Source: Calcarisporiella thermophila CBS 279.70 (lineage: Eukaryota; Fungi; Calcarisporiellomycota). Taken from it: DNA of 64,000 nucleotides. The stretch is taken from positions 64,810 through 128,809 of the forward strand of contig NW_027192207.1 of the NCBI RefSeq assembly GCF_041956535.1, read 5' to 3'. The first letter of the stretch is position 1. Each line of letters begins with the position of its first letter. This document shows, one piece after another, positions 22,318 through 33,962 of the stretch. A program made the translations under genes and the position numbers. The notes beneath the pieces are model-generated. The model was given only the letters and a program-made list of their open reading frames with translations, did no database searches and was not told where the DNA came from.

Positions 22318-24951
22318 TTAGAGAGTTTTCAATTCCTTCAATCTATCCTGAATCGTTTCATATGTATCCGTGTCCTCCCAAGAAGTCTTGCTACGGCCAA
22401 GGAGAGTTTTCAGCGCCATTTGTGCTTGCCGTTTCCATTCTCCACACACGACTCGCTCCTCCCCATTCGCATTTTTCTCCGTTCTCTGCCCCAAGTTTTC
22501 ATACGCGTCTACCAGCTCTAGAGCGGCATGGGCAATATCTTTAAACACTTGCTCGTCCGTCTCAAGTTTTGGGTCATGTGCAATACATCGATATGCCTTT
22601 AAGTGGCCATCCAGAGCGCGAGACCATTCACCACGACCCATAAAGAATTTAGCATAAACTCGCCATATCGCCGCACTGGACGTGATCTTGGGGGTAATCA
22701 CCTCACGTAGGAGGCGGTCAACTCGGTTCGAGAGATAGGATGCCTCTCTCCCTGACGCATCAGATGTTCCACGCGTAACCGCATCTACAAGAATCCCCAG
22801 CACCTCAACATCTACCGCTTTGGACCCATCTTTTTCCCATCTCAATTCCATAAGTCTCTCCGTGGCTCTTATAACCTCGCCAAACTCTCCTACATCCACA
22901 CACGTATACAGATAGTTTTGCCAGATTCTCCAGTCGTCATAAGATTGCCTCAGCGCCTGCTGCAACGGGCGCACTGCATCCTGCTTTCTACCGGATTTTA
23001 GATAGATCGATGCCAAATTATTCCAAGCCTCTCCGTTGGTATGATCGAGCGAGACGCATCTTGTAAACGACTCGATGGCAGTCTCCCAGTCAGGAGTTGG
23101 AATCTGCATCGCTGCACAACCCATTACGAACCATGAAGATTCAATGAGAGGGTTGATTGCCAGTGCTAGCCGATAGCATTCAACCGACCGCTTAAACTCC
23201 TGTTGCTTAAAATAGTGCCCGCCAAGAGATCGCATTGCCCTCGCATACCGCTTTCCAGATATCTCCCAAGCTTTCTCATAATGCTCTGGATTCTTTTCAA
23301 GGTCGCCAAGCAAACAGTACAGTTTAGGAGAATCGGGCTCCACGCGCATACGCTCTTCTACCACTGCTTTGGCCTTTTCTGGTTTTTCAAGCATCACATG
23401 GCAAGCGACAATCTCATCCCACATCTCCAGCCGCTGGAATATCTCGAGTGCAGATTTCACAACCCCCAAAGACATAAATCGTTGCGCAAGTTCACCCTCC
23501 ATTTCCCACTTGGCAGGCAACAGTAGCTGGAAGAAAAATTGCACCCGCTCCTTAACTTTAGACTCCTCCAAGGGGATCTGGTCCACAAGTGCTTGTAGCT
23601 GCAGCGCACTCCGCTCGACTGTACGTGTTTTGTTGGCCTCAAGCCGAGAACGCAGAAGTAGAGCCATGGTGTGCACCATCCAGTTGTTAGGATTTTCAAG
23701 AACACGCACCACAAAGGGTATCATTTGCTCCATAGTAAGTCCATGGTGAGGATTGGTGTTTTTCACGTTAAGACAGTAAGCGAGAAGCAAGCACTGGTCG
23801 AATATCGCAAGCTTGGGCTGGTTTCCGGGATCGATGCGGTCGGAAAGCGAATTTTCATCTCCCTGCTTTTCATCCTCAGAGTTAAGAGATGGCTTGCTCT
23901 TAGTAAAGGCGATACGTTCAAGCAGAGTGTCATCATTGAGAGGTAGCGTATCGGGTAGCTTCTCTGCAGCACTTTTTCCATCATTCTTCCTCTCGCCTTG
24001 GCCATCGGACCGACTTTCTGCCAAGAGCACCAGCTGAGATACATCGAAGACCTGGAATTTGGTGCGTTTACCTAGAGCGCCAGACAATTCCCACTCCAGG
24101 CCGCTGTGCTTTTGCGCTTGGCGGAACCTCTCCACCGATGGCTCAGTTTGAGTGTACCATTGCAGCACGAGACCATACTCCAACTCCAATCGGGCCAGTA
24201 ACTCTGTTTTTATCTCTTCGCTCTCAAATGATCCCTTCGAGTCGATGTACTTTTGTGTATGATCCAATTGTAGTAACATATCGGCCTGGAGCGAAGCAGC
24301 ATGCTCCTCCAAAATCCGTTGTTGCAAGAAAATGCAACGATATCTCCACCAAGCCACTGTATGCACGTGTTTTAGTCTCTCCGTGCCTTCCGTCAATATG
24401 GCTTTAGCCAACAGCAGAAAGAGCGGCTTCGGAGTCAGGTGGTACACGTCTTCTCCATCTGCGCTCATGCTCTTCAGCGCGTGTTTATTGAGTTCATCCT
24501 TGCGAGAACGCACACATGCTGGGAGGAGTTCAATGGGGTCAATATCAAGCAATGGGCCCGTCCATCCAGTCTGAATGAAACTATAAAGCAACGCCAATCC
24601 TACCGCCAGCACTTTGTACTCGCGCTCAACTACGTTTTGTAGTTTCGAGGAGGATTCTGAATCCTTTTCTAACATTGGCTCCAAATAGTGAGCTAACCGA
24701 GTAGCGACATATTTGCCCACATCCAACGTTTTCTCCAACTCAGCAATTCCAAGACCTTCGGCATTTTCGTCAGTACCGAACAAGCTGCGAGCATCGCCAG
24801 ATAATAGCACTTGTTTGAAATCACCAGAGACGAGAGGAGAGAGAATATCGTGCAATAAGTCGTCTTTTTCGGGCCGTAATGTGCCAAGTATCAGGCGATG
24901 TTCAAGGTGCTCAAACTGAGCGAGAATTTCCTCGATAGGAGTCTTCGACAT
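22318..24951 (-). CDS. EMW1: TPR protein TTC27/Emw1-like, intronless
   Basis: FIQTGWTGP, LSGALGKRTKFQ, DDTLLE, LLRSRLE...RTVERSALQLQALVDQ and a TPR array. ATG 24951 preferred because the ORF-track start (25110) overlaps the divergent gene. Confidence 0.85.
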   Translation of the reverse strand: MSKTPIEEILAQFEHLEHRLILGTLRPEKDDLLHDILSPLVSGDFKQVLLSGDARSLFGTDENAEGLGIAELEKTLDVGKYVATRLAHYLEPMLEKDSESSSKLQNVVEREYKVLAVGLALLYSFIQTGWTGPLLDIDPIELLPACVRSRKDELNKHALKSMSADGEDVYHLTPKPLFLLLAKAILTEGTERLKHVHTVAWWRYRCIFLQQRILEEHAASLQADMLLQLDHTQKYIDSKGSFESEEIKTELLARLELEYGLVLQWYTQTEPSVERFRQAQKHSGLEWELSGALGKRTKFQVFDVSQLVLLAESRSDGQGERKNDGKSAAEKLPDTLPLNDDTLLERIAFTKSKPSLNSEDEKQGDENSLSDRIDPGNQPKLAIFDQCLLLAYCLNVKNTNPHHGLTMEQMIPFVVRVLENPNNWMVHTMALLLRSRLEANKTRTVERSALQLQALVDQIPLEESKVKERVQFFFQLLLPAKWEMEGELAQRFMSLGVVKSALEIFQRLEMWDEIVACHVMLEKPEKAKAVVEERMRVEPDSPKLYCLLGDLEKNPEHYEKAWEISGKRYARAMRSLGGHYFKQQEFKRSVECYRLALAINPLIESSWFVMGCAAMQIPTPDWETAIESFTRCVSLDHTNGEAWNNLASIYLKSGRKQDAVRPLQQALRQSYDDWRIWQNYLYTCVDVGEFGEVIRATERLMELRWEKDGSKAVDVEVLGILVDAVTRGTSDASGREASYLSNRVDRLLREVITPKITSSAAIWRVYAKFFMGRGEWSRALDGHLKAYRCIAHDPKLETDEQVFKDIAHAALELVDAYENLGQRTEKNANGEERVVCGEWKRQAQMALKTLLGRSKTSWEDTDTYETIQDRLKELKTL

Positions 24952-25086
24952 TCTCGCCGCTTCTCTTGATTGTTCGCAAGGGAGAAAAGTAAAAAACAGG
25001 GCGGGGTTTGATTTTCTTATATTTACCTGTGACTGCCCTTCGTCTTCTCTGCTATTCTTTTCATTAGAAATCAATGATTTGAAATC

Positions 25087-27830
25087 ATGTCTGAAAGTCT
25101 CCCCATCCATGAATACAAAGAGGACCTTATTGAAGCCATTAAAGAGTACAATCTCCTAGTGATAATCGGAGAAACAGGTAAAATTCAAATCCATTAGATC
25201 GGATTGCGGCGATGCTAATTATATGTTAGGATCGGGGAAGACGACTCAAATTCCACAGTATATACTTGACTCCATCCCAAATGTGAAGAGCATTGCAGTC
25301 ACACAACCAAGGTAGTTGGCTTCTATTGAGGAAATAAACGCTAATTTGAGTCATCTTACATATTTCGACTATAGGCGGATTGCAGCTATTACAGGTGCGT
25401 ACCCTTTGTGAAAACGATGGAGGGGTCTGGTGTACTATATATAATTACGACGAAATCTGCTCTCTATTTAGTTGCGCGCCGCGTGAGCGAAGAGAGACAC
25501 TGTCGTCTGGGTGATGAGGTTGGCTACGCTATTCGATTTGACGATTGCACCTCATCTGCCACCAAACTCAAGTATCTCACCGATGGTCTTTTGCTTCGCG
25601 AGGCTACTCTCGACCCATATCTTCGCGCTTATGACGTAATCATTGTCGATGAGGCACATGAGCGCACCGTCGAAACAGATGTTTTATTCGGATTGCTCAA
25701 ACAAACCCATCGCCTCCGGCCGGAGGTCAAGATATTGATCATGTCCGCGACTCTAAATGTCGACAAATTCTCGGATTTCTTTGAAACCTGTCCGGTGTTT
25801 AGTATCCCCGGGCGAACATACGACGTTACGGTCCGGCACCACCGAGACGCAAAGCTCTCGACCCTGCGCTCTAACTATACCGAAAAATGCGTAGAAATTG
25901 CGGCATTCATCCACAAGAACGAACCTCCCGGAGACGTGCTAGTTTTTCTCACTGGGCAACGCGAAATCGATCAAGCATGTAAAGAAATGCGTGAATTAGA
26001 GCGTCGCATGGACTACAAACGCGACGTGCGCTATTATCCGGAGGTTCAAGGCGTGACGATATACCCAATCCACTCGAGTCTCGAAACCTTTGAGCAAAAA
26101 GCAATATTCCAGGACTCGCCACGCGGTCTGAGAAAAATTGTGTTCGCCACCAACATTGCGCAGACCTCGGTCACTATTCCTGGAATCCGATATGTAGTTG
26201 ATTCAGGTTTTGTAAAACAAAAGACATATGATCCAAACACGGGAATGGACGCGTTGTTGGTAACGGAAATCAGTCAAGCGGCGGCCACCCAACGAGCTGG
26301 TCGTGCTGGAAGGTAATTTCCCTTGATCTTTAAGGCATCCTCTTGCATATGAGTACGATGTTTATGTTTACTTTTTGCTTCGAAAGAACTCAGGAAGGCA
26401 AAGCATACCGCCTGTATTCGCACGATGCATTCACACAACTTGAGCCTGAAACAATACCCGAAATCCAGCGCAGCTCTCTTCTCTCCACCACCCTTGCGCT
26501 CAAACGTATCGGCATCATAGACATACTGAATTTTGAATTCATCGATCCACCTGACCCCAACATGGTTCGCAATGCTCTCCGGCAATTGTACCTATTGGGG
26601 GCAATCGACGAGTTGGGAGAACTGACCCACCTGGGCAGGTGGATGAGTAATTTCCCCCTCTCCCCCTATCTCTCAAGATGCTTATGGGAGAGTAAGAAAT
26701 ATGGTTGCCTGCGGGAAATGCTCATCATAGTCGCGATGCTATCTTCCGAAGATGTTCTTATCACGCCTAGCAATGAGGAAAAACAAGCACAGGCTGCTGC
26801 TCGGCACCGTCGCTTCTGGGACGCGAGCGGCGATCACATAACTCTACTCCGAGTATACCGTGCATGGAAAAAAGTTGACTATGATCAACGATGGTGTCGA
26901 GAGAATTTTATGAGTGGGCGTGCATTAAATGCGGCAAGAAATGTGCGTAGTCAATTGGAAGCACTTCTGGATCGGTATCCGATTGAGGAAGAGAAGGAGA
27001 AAAAGGAACCAGCAGTGGGAGAGAAAGAAACAAGACGCAGTGAGGGGATGGAATATTCCGAAGTAGGTAAGGAGAGCGATGAGGATCAAAGTCGTAAGCG
27101 AGCCAAGCACGAAAGGCAAGACGCTAATACTCGAGAGAGCGACCTAAGGAGGCATGAGCGATCTTATGATCGAGGGCGAAAAAGTGAAAAAAGCTATGAA
27201 CGAGAGCGGGGATCGGATAAGGTCGATGCTGTAGCTATTATAAAATCGCTTCTCTCCGCCTTTTTCCCGCATCTTTCAAAACGGCATCCCAATCTTCCCA
27301 TTTTCTATAATTATGCACTCTCCTCCAACCTTTCCACATCCACGACCGACTCCTCATCTGCTCTCCTAGCATTAAATATTCACCCTCAATCGGCGCTGTC
27401 CTTGGATCTGGAGAAGGGGCGACTGAGCGATATCGAGTGGGTTGTGTACCATCAGGTAATGTACACCACGCGCGCGATAATGAAATTCGTGAGCCGGGTG
27501 CAGTTTGAATGGGTTGAAGAGGTCGGGGGTTTGGAGCGATGGAAAGGACTCAAGAACGCAGCCCTCTCCGGAGTCGAGCAGAAAGACAGGGAAGATAGAG
27601 AGAGGATTGCAAGAGTGATGCAGGCTGAGAAGGAGCGGAGGAAGATAGAAGAGGAGGAGAGGAGGGACCAGCGAGTGAAAGCGAAAGTTGAGGAGGAGAG
27701 ACGAATGCAAACGGCGGCCGTGGAAGATGAACAGCGTCAAAAGCGAGAAAAGGCCATTGAGGCAGCAAGGCAGCGCGCTTTGAGCCGGCGGAAAGAAGTG
27801 GAGGCGGTGTCGAAGAGGAAGAGAAAGTGA
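25087..27830 (+). CDS. DEAH-box RNA helicase, DHX40-like
   Basis: GETGSGKTTQ, TQPRRIAA, DEAHER, SAT, TNIAQTS, QRAGRAGR and HA2. It has a very short N-terminus and a charged C-terminus ending AIEAARQRALSRRK, like animal DHX40; orthology is inference. Confidence 0.85.
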
Positions 27831-28506
27831 GAAGCACTGCCTGTGGCTATGCATTCATGTAACTAATATTACTTTCAAATAAATAATTCTCGAGCGCTAT
27901 TGACCATTTTGGATTTTAATACTATTATTACAAACATGTGCAAAGTCTAGAAAGAAATGATGAGTTTGTGAGTGGGTTGAGTTCAGCAATATTGTTCAAA
28001 GGTGGGAGGGTGCAGTCATTGTGGATGACGAGCGATAAAGCCATTAGAAAAGGATAAATTAAAAAAAAAGGGAATGGGAAAGAGAATTTTAATGAAAATA
28101 TAATAAACAACAGTGGGTGGGGAGGGGGAGGAGAGGGGAGAGAGGAAAGGGGAAAGCAAAAGCATTAGAAACAAAAAATGTTATCAAGTGAAGAAAAATA
28201 AAAAAGTGACAAGGAGAAACAAATAAAGGCAATACTGGATAAAATAAATGAAATAGGGAAAATAAAAGCCAAATTGTATGTCTTGGATGTTAAGAGAGTA
28301 AAAAAAAAGGGGGGGAGGGGGGGTGGGGATGGGGATGGGGAGGGGAGAGTGGAGTGAATAGGGGGAGATAAAGTGAAATCAATTCAAAAAATAGAAAATA
28401 TAGAAAATGGTTGAATTCAAAGCTTCAAAGAGCACCAATTTACACAAATCGTTATATGAACATGTAACTACACTACGTACTAGAAATCATCGAGCATATA
28501 TATTCA

Positions 28507-30348
28507 TCAATCCTGCATCGAGTCTCCAAACTGGAATCCTCCCTGCGGTACAGCGACGTCCCGTTCGAACGCAAACGCGCCAGTTGTAGCATTCACTTGG
28601 GGAGCTATTCCCGTTTCTTCTTCGTCGTCTTCTCCGAAATACTTGTCAATGATATGGTATGCTTTCTTGTAGATCTACGGAGAGGAAAGGCGGTGGGCAG
28701 AGTTTAATCCGATGCATCTTTGAGTGACGTTTAAAGGAGACTTACCTCGACGTTATCATGTATCTGCAAATTGTGGATTTTCTCCATTCCTCCACACTCT
28801 TCCACAAATAAAGCATAGCGGTTGATCCCATCGGGATCAGTCGATCTATCGGACTCCCCCACTTTTAGAATATTCTCAAGCCCATCCAGAGCCACCTGTA
28901 TAATCCTATTATCCATGCTCGTCAAAATATCGCAGAGTGGTTTTATTGTGCCCTGGGAAACAAGGTAGCGGATTTGATCGGGCTTGTTGAGTCCCCCTGA
29001 AGTAGCATTGGATACGGCCCAGCATGCCTCCTTCTTCGTTTTGAAGTCTGCATGCTGCAAAAGCCCAATGAGCGGAGGAAAGATTCCGGATTCGATGACC
29101 GCTTGAATCTGCAATGTGTTGCCCGCAGTGATGTTCGAGATCGTCCAGCAAGCCTCTTTGCGGATTCCATCCTTTGGACTCATCAGCAAATGCAGCAATG
29201 CAGGCAAGGCCCCGCAGTTGATTACCACTTGGGTCTGGCTGTCATCGCCCGTCACAATATTTCCGACCGAACGCAATGCGGGAGTCTGAACTGCGGTTGA
29301 CGGATGCATCAGAAGCTCCACCAATCGACGCGTTACTCCACTCTCGATCACCGCCTGTATCTTCTCGTTGGGGCCGTCGCTCAAATACGAGATTGCCCAA
29401 CAAGCATCAATGAGCACCTCGTCATCATTAGAGTACAAGAGTTTAGCCAGCACCGGTAGGGCGGGCGATATGATAGCCCATTCCGGCTGAGGACTCTTGC
29501 CGCGGCAAAAGTTTGACAAGGTCCATGTAGCATTTCGAAGCATGGAAACCTTGGCAGGCTCACTCAGAATCTGTAAAAGCGAAGGCAGAGCTTTCTGGGA
29601 GAGAACAAAATCACGGTACTGCGCACTATCACCAGCTATATTTCCGAGGGCCCATACAGCCTTTGAGGAGGCATATAGTCAATCAAAGAGTAACATTAAA
29701 GCTAAGGATGCTATTAAAATATTTACCTGTTCGCGAACATCGGCAATTGGACTAGAAAGCAGCTCAACAAAAATGGGGACAGCTCCCGCTTCAATTACGT
29801 AGTGGGTCTGCTGGGACGAGCCGGAAGCGATGTTAGTCAAAGCCCACGCTGCTTCAAACTAAATTTTAATAATAATTTGCAGGCATTAGAGGGTAAAAAA
29901 ACTATGCCATAATGCAAGGTCGCTGAATTACCTGAAGCATGGGATGAGAGCTCTTCAAAAACTCGACAAATCTTGGCACAACCCCGCACTCGATCACCTC
30001 TTCAATAGGCGGATTTTTCTCCTTTGACAATAGTTTTCTAAAGCGTGTTGTTGCCTCCAGCTGCTTCTCCACAGAATCACTCGTGACGCCAGTGACCATT
30101 TCTGGCAACTGCTCTACCAACTGCTGCATCATGCCACCGCCGCCCATCAAGTCATCATCGCTATCGCCGGTAGATTCGGTAGTCGCAACAAGAAGATTTC
30201 GACGTTTTGCAAGCGACTCCTCACGCTTTTGCTTCCGTATCTCAACCGAAGCCTGCTCCCGGCGGCGGCGTATCTCGTCAGGGGCGAAGAGGCCTCGGGT
30301 CTTGTAATCGCGAGCGCGCCTTGGCTCGGAAGCCTGTGTGTTATCCAT
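28507..30348 (-). CDS. SRP1: Importin subunit alpha (karyopherin alpha)
   Basis: IBB domain (EIRRRRE...[15 protein letters not shown]), ARM repeats ([23 protein letters not shown]) and C-terminal VPQGGFQF. Confidence 0.96.
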
Positions 30349-31480
30349 GAGATAGAGCGAATAATCTAAAAGCGGTGAGGTGTGAAAATGGTGGACACAA
30401 TGGTTGGATTATCAGGGTGGTTTCTATGTGAATCGCTAGAGTGGAAAAAAAAAGTGGGAATACAATTTACACGTCAGCCCTAGGTTATATTAGGTTATAG
30501 GCTATTAACTGATACCTGAAGGGTATCCTGCCCGAAAAGGGAACAGTTATAAAGAACTAGGCCTCTCCACCCCCCACACTTAGTGAGATTGATTGGACAC
30601 GGTAACAATATTTGAAATGAGAGGGTGAAATGCGTACCTAGGCTCTTTTGTAAAATAGATTTCATTAAAATACGCTTTTCGACGCACGACAAGTTCTGCT
30701 GCCCAGACTTCTTACCCCCGGCATTTTGCCTCAACGAAGAAAGTGAATATGAATCTCTCGGTGGAGGAAAACCGGATTCTCTTTAATAAGTTTGGTGCTC
30801 ACGCCCATATACACATCCCTCGAGCTTATCAGCCATCCTCTCTCTAAAACCTACTGTTATAAGAGGACAGAAAGCCATTTTATTTATCATATTAATCTCT
30901 GAGCCTCCTCCCCCTCGCACAAAACATCTCATCTCCTTACACAGTGCCCTCTCACATATCCATCACTTCGCCCAAGCTGTTGAGTTAAAGAGAGAATACC
31001 AACTCAAGATAGTGAATACCGTAAAAAGAAAGTTTGGAGGGTGAAAAATAAAACGAAGAAACCCTTGCGATGTAGTCTAAAGCATCTGGGATAGCTTTGA
31101 TCTTAAGCATTTAGCCGCGTTGGCTGTATGGAAGAAAAAAAAAGGAAAAAACAGAATATAGGAAAATACAGAGTACGATGGGAATAGAGATTGCACGTAT
31201 CTCAGTAGAAAAAATTGGAGATGCAGTAGCATGCATAAGGGTTAAGTTTGATGAAACGTTTTGGAAGAGGGAAAGAGGCAAATGGCATCTAACATAGCTT
31301 GGGATAATGTTGTATTTTAAGCATGCTATAGCAAATTACAATACGAGCTTTTAATATTCGCTGGCTACGTACGTAGCGCTCCCACAGGTGTGAAGAATCT
31401 TTCGTCGGCATAAAAGAGAATCAGAAAAAGTGTGAGATAGAGTATAGCATGAGGATTGGGTTGGAGGCGTATTGGAACGA

Positions 31481-32434
31481 TCAGTCCAATTTCTCATCCT
31501 TCTCCTTGTTATCAATTCTTTCCTCCAGTTTAAACGCACTCACAATTGATTTCTGTGAGATTGAGAGCATAGTCGTTATATAAATGGGGCTGCCCAAAAA
31601 AGAAAATGCCGCATACACTTACCATTGTTCGATCCCATCCAAGCCGCTGCAGCGTGTCCCGTCCCAACTTCCTTCGTCCTTCATCGTCCACCACCCGCTC
31701 GGGTAGTCTCTTGATTTCTTTCCCCGACTGGAACATCACAAGAGTGGGGAGGTCGAATGAAGTGGGGTCTGTATTGATTTGCACACTCTCGGCAACGCCT
31801 GGATACTTTTCCACGTCTATCTTTCCAAACTTCACACTCTTTGTGTATTTCAGGGAAGTACGTGCAACTACGGGCTCAAAATTTCGGCATGCCGCATTCC
31901 ATGTTGCATACATTAGCACGATCCATTTTACATTCTCCTCCTCTACAGTTTCGAGTTTTTTGGGGGTAGAAATGCCCGCAAAATCTTCTCCTGTCAATTC
32001 AACCACGTTGGTTGGGCCTCTATAAGGTGGCTGTGGGATAATGGCAAAGACAAGGATGTATGCTAGGGCGAGAGAAAGCAGGATCCACCATCGGCCGTAC
32101 CAATAAAAGAGTGCAAGATTAATGACCTTAGCATATAGGAAAACGACACTGACGGCCTCCTCAGCACTAACGACACTTCGGAGTTTGAGAAGAAGCATCA
32201 AGGTAATGGGGATATAGATTTTGTATTCTCTCTCCTACATTGAAGGGCATTAGGGCAAGCATTCAACGAAACATGAAGGAATTAATAGAAACCACTTACA
32301 AAGCCTTCGGCCTCTGGGAGATAATGCTGTGAAAGAGGCGTATGCCGTAATAAAAACCATGCTGAGCTCAAGAGTAGATTGAGAATGTAATGCGGGTGGA
32401 GTAAGCGATACAGAATTTGGCTCAGAGGTTCCAT
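31481..32434 (-). CDS. Thioredoxin-related transmembrane protein, TMX2-like
   Basis: HPHYILNLLL N-terminus, TM segments, PPYRGP, thioredoxin fold with WNAAC (single Cys), FGKIDV, LPTLVMFQSGKEIKRLP; 4 exons. Confidence 0.8.
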
Positions 32435-32628
32435 GATTCTGTTTTATGCAAGAAAGAAAAAGGTAAAAAGGAGGGAAAACAATCTTAATTTGCAGTTAAA
32501 AGGAAAAAGGTGTGACGTTTTCTTACGTTCAAAACGCGTATATATGATTATAATATAATTTTTTTGTTCTCCATTCCATTGCATTGTCTTCCTACAGATT
32601 ATTTGTCACGAGTATATAGATTAACATA

Positions 32629-33827
32629 ATGTCCCAAAGCGAATCTTCGAACAAAAAACGGGCTGCTGAATCACCAGATACCACTGCAAAGAAACGCTCC
32701 AAAAATGCAACCTCTAATGGAAGCATACTTCCAAAAGAGACTATTCGCGACCCCTCACTTCCCAACAATAAATCTCTCCCCGACTCGCTCAATTTTCCAC
32801 CACCAACACCGGAAACTATTAAAATCGCATCATGGAACGTGGCAAGCCTCAATGCTGCGCTTAAGAAAGGCTTTTGGAAGTATGTGGATGCGGAAGATCC
32901 CGATATCTTGTGCTTGCAAGAAACGAAGGTGAATATGCCAATGAGACAAGCTTTCTACGAGCGCTACCGACACCAATGGTGGGCGATAGAACAAAAGAAA
33001 GGATATTGTACGTATTTCTACAATTTTTTTAACGATTCAGGTGTAAGTTTAACCTTTTTTTCCCTCCCTCCCACTCGAAAATCAACTTGGGATTTAGCTG
33101 GAACAGCCGTGTTCTCCAAACATAAGCCGCTCTCCTCCACCATTGGTATTCCCAATATTGAATCAAGTAGAGGACGCGTCATCACACTCGAGTTCAACAC
33201 ACTCTATCTCGTCGCATGCTATGTCCCCAATGCCGGGGAGGGGCTTAAGAATTTGGAGGCAAGAAAGAAATGGGATAACCAGCTGCTTGCTTATGTGAGG
33301 GAACTCGAAGAGAAAAAGCCCGTGGTATGGTGTGGAGATCTCAATGTTGCCCATTCTCCCTTAGACATTGCAAGGCCGCAGCAGAATAGAAACAAGTAAA
33401 TAGAATGAAATAGTGAAGTGTAGAGAGAAATGCTCATCCATGACCATTTGATCTCTCGTGATCGAATAGATCGGCGGGATTCTCCGACGAGGAGCGCGAG
33501 GGGTTTTGCCGCTTCCTTAGCGTGCCATTTGATCCTGCCGGTCCAATGCCCTCCAAAACGCTACCAGAAAAGGATGCGAGTCCCCCAATACCCGAGTCTC
33601 AACTCATGGTCGACACATATCGTCACCTCCACCCACAAGCTTCAGGCCATTACACCTATTTCTCCTACCGCTTCCGCTGTCGCGAAAAGGGGGTCGGCTG
33701 GAGGCTTGATTATTTTGTGGTGAGCAAATCCATCCTTGATAGGGTAGTTGCCAGTGAGATTCGGCACGACTGTTATGGAGCCAGTGATCACATTCCCATT
33801 ATTTTGGTGCTAAAAGGGGATATCTAG
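32629..33827 (+). CDS. Exonuclease III-family AP endonuclease, APE1-like (no Apn2 C-terminal extension)
   Basis: KIASWNV, LCLQETK, KKGYSGTA after removing intron 33008-33097, YVPNAG, CGDLNVAH, GWRLDYFVVS, ASDHIP. Confidence 0.92.
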
Positions 33828-33962
33828 ATGTTGGATGAATGGGCTATTTTATATGGAGTAGTAGATGATTCTAAATCAGTCTAGTGTATTGCATTTAGTT
33901 AATGATGGGTTTTCAAAGTGGAAATTCGCTCAAGTATTAAGGATAAATAAACAAAAGAGCCC

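Noticed and set aside
24952-25110. 53-aa N-terminal extension of the TTC27/EMW1 ORF
   Set aside because: It overlaps the start of the divergent helicase and spans the shared promoter; ATG 24951 is more plausible.
28080-28370. G-rich purine tracts (potential G-quadruplex) in the importin alpha 3' region
   Set aside because: Similar purine/pyrimidine and homopolymer tracts flank many genes here (for example about 39960, 40250, 62190), so it looks like background low complexity.
33008-33097. Apparent 30-aa insertion in the APE1-like ORF
   Set aside because: It is a stop-free 90-nt GT-AG intron; removal restores KKGYSGTA.
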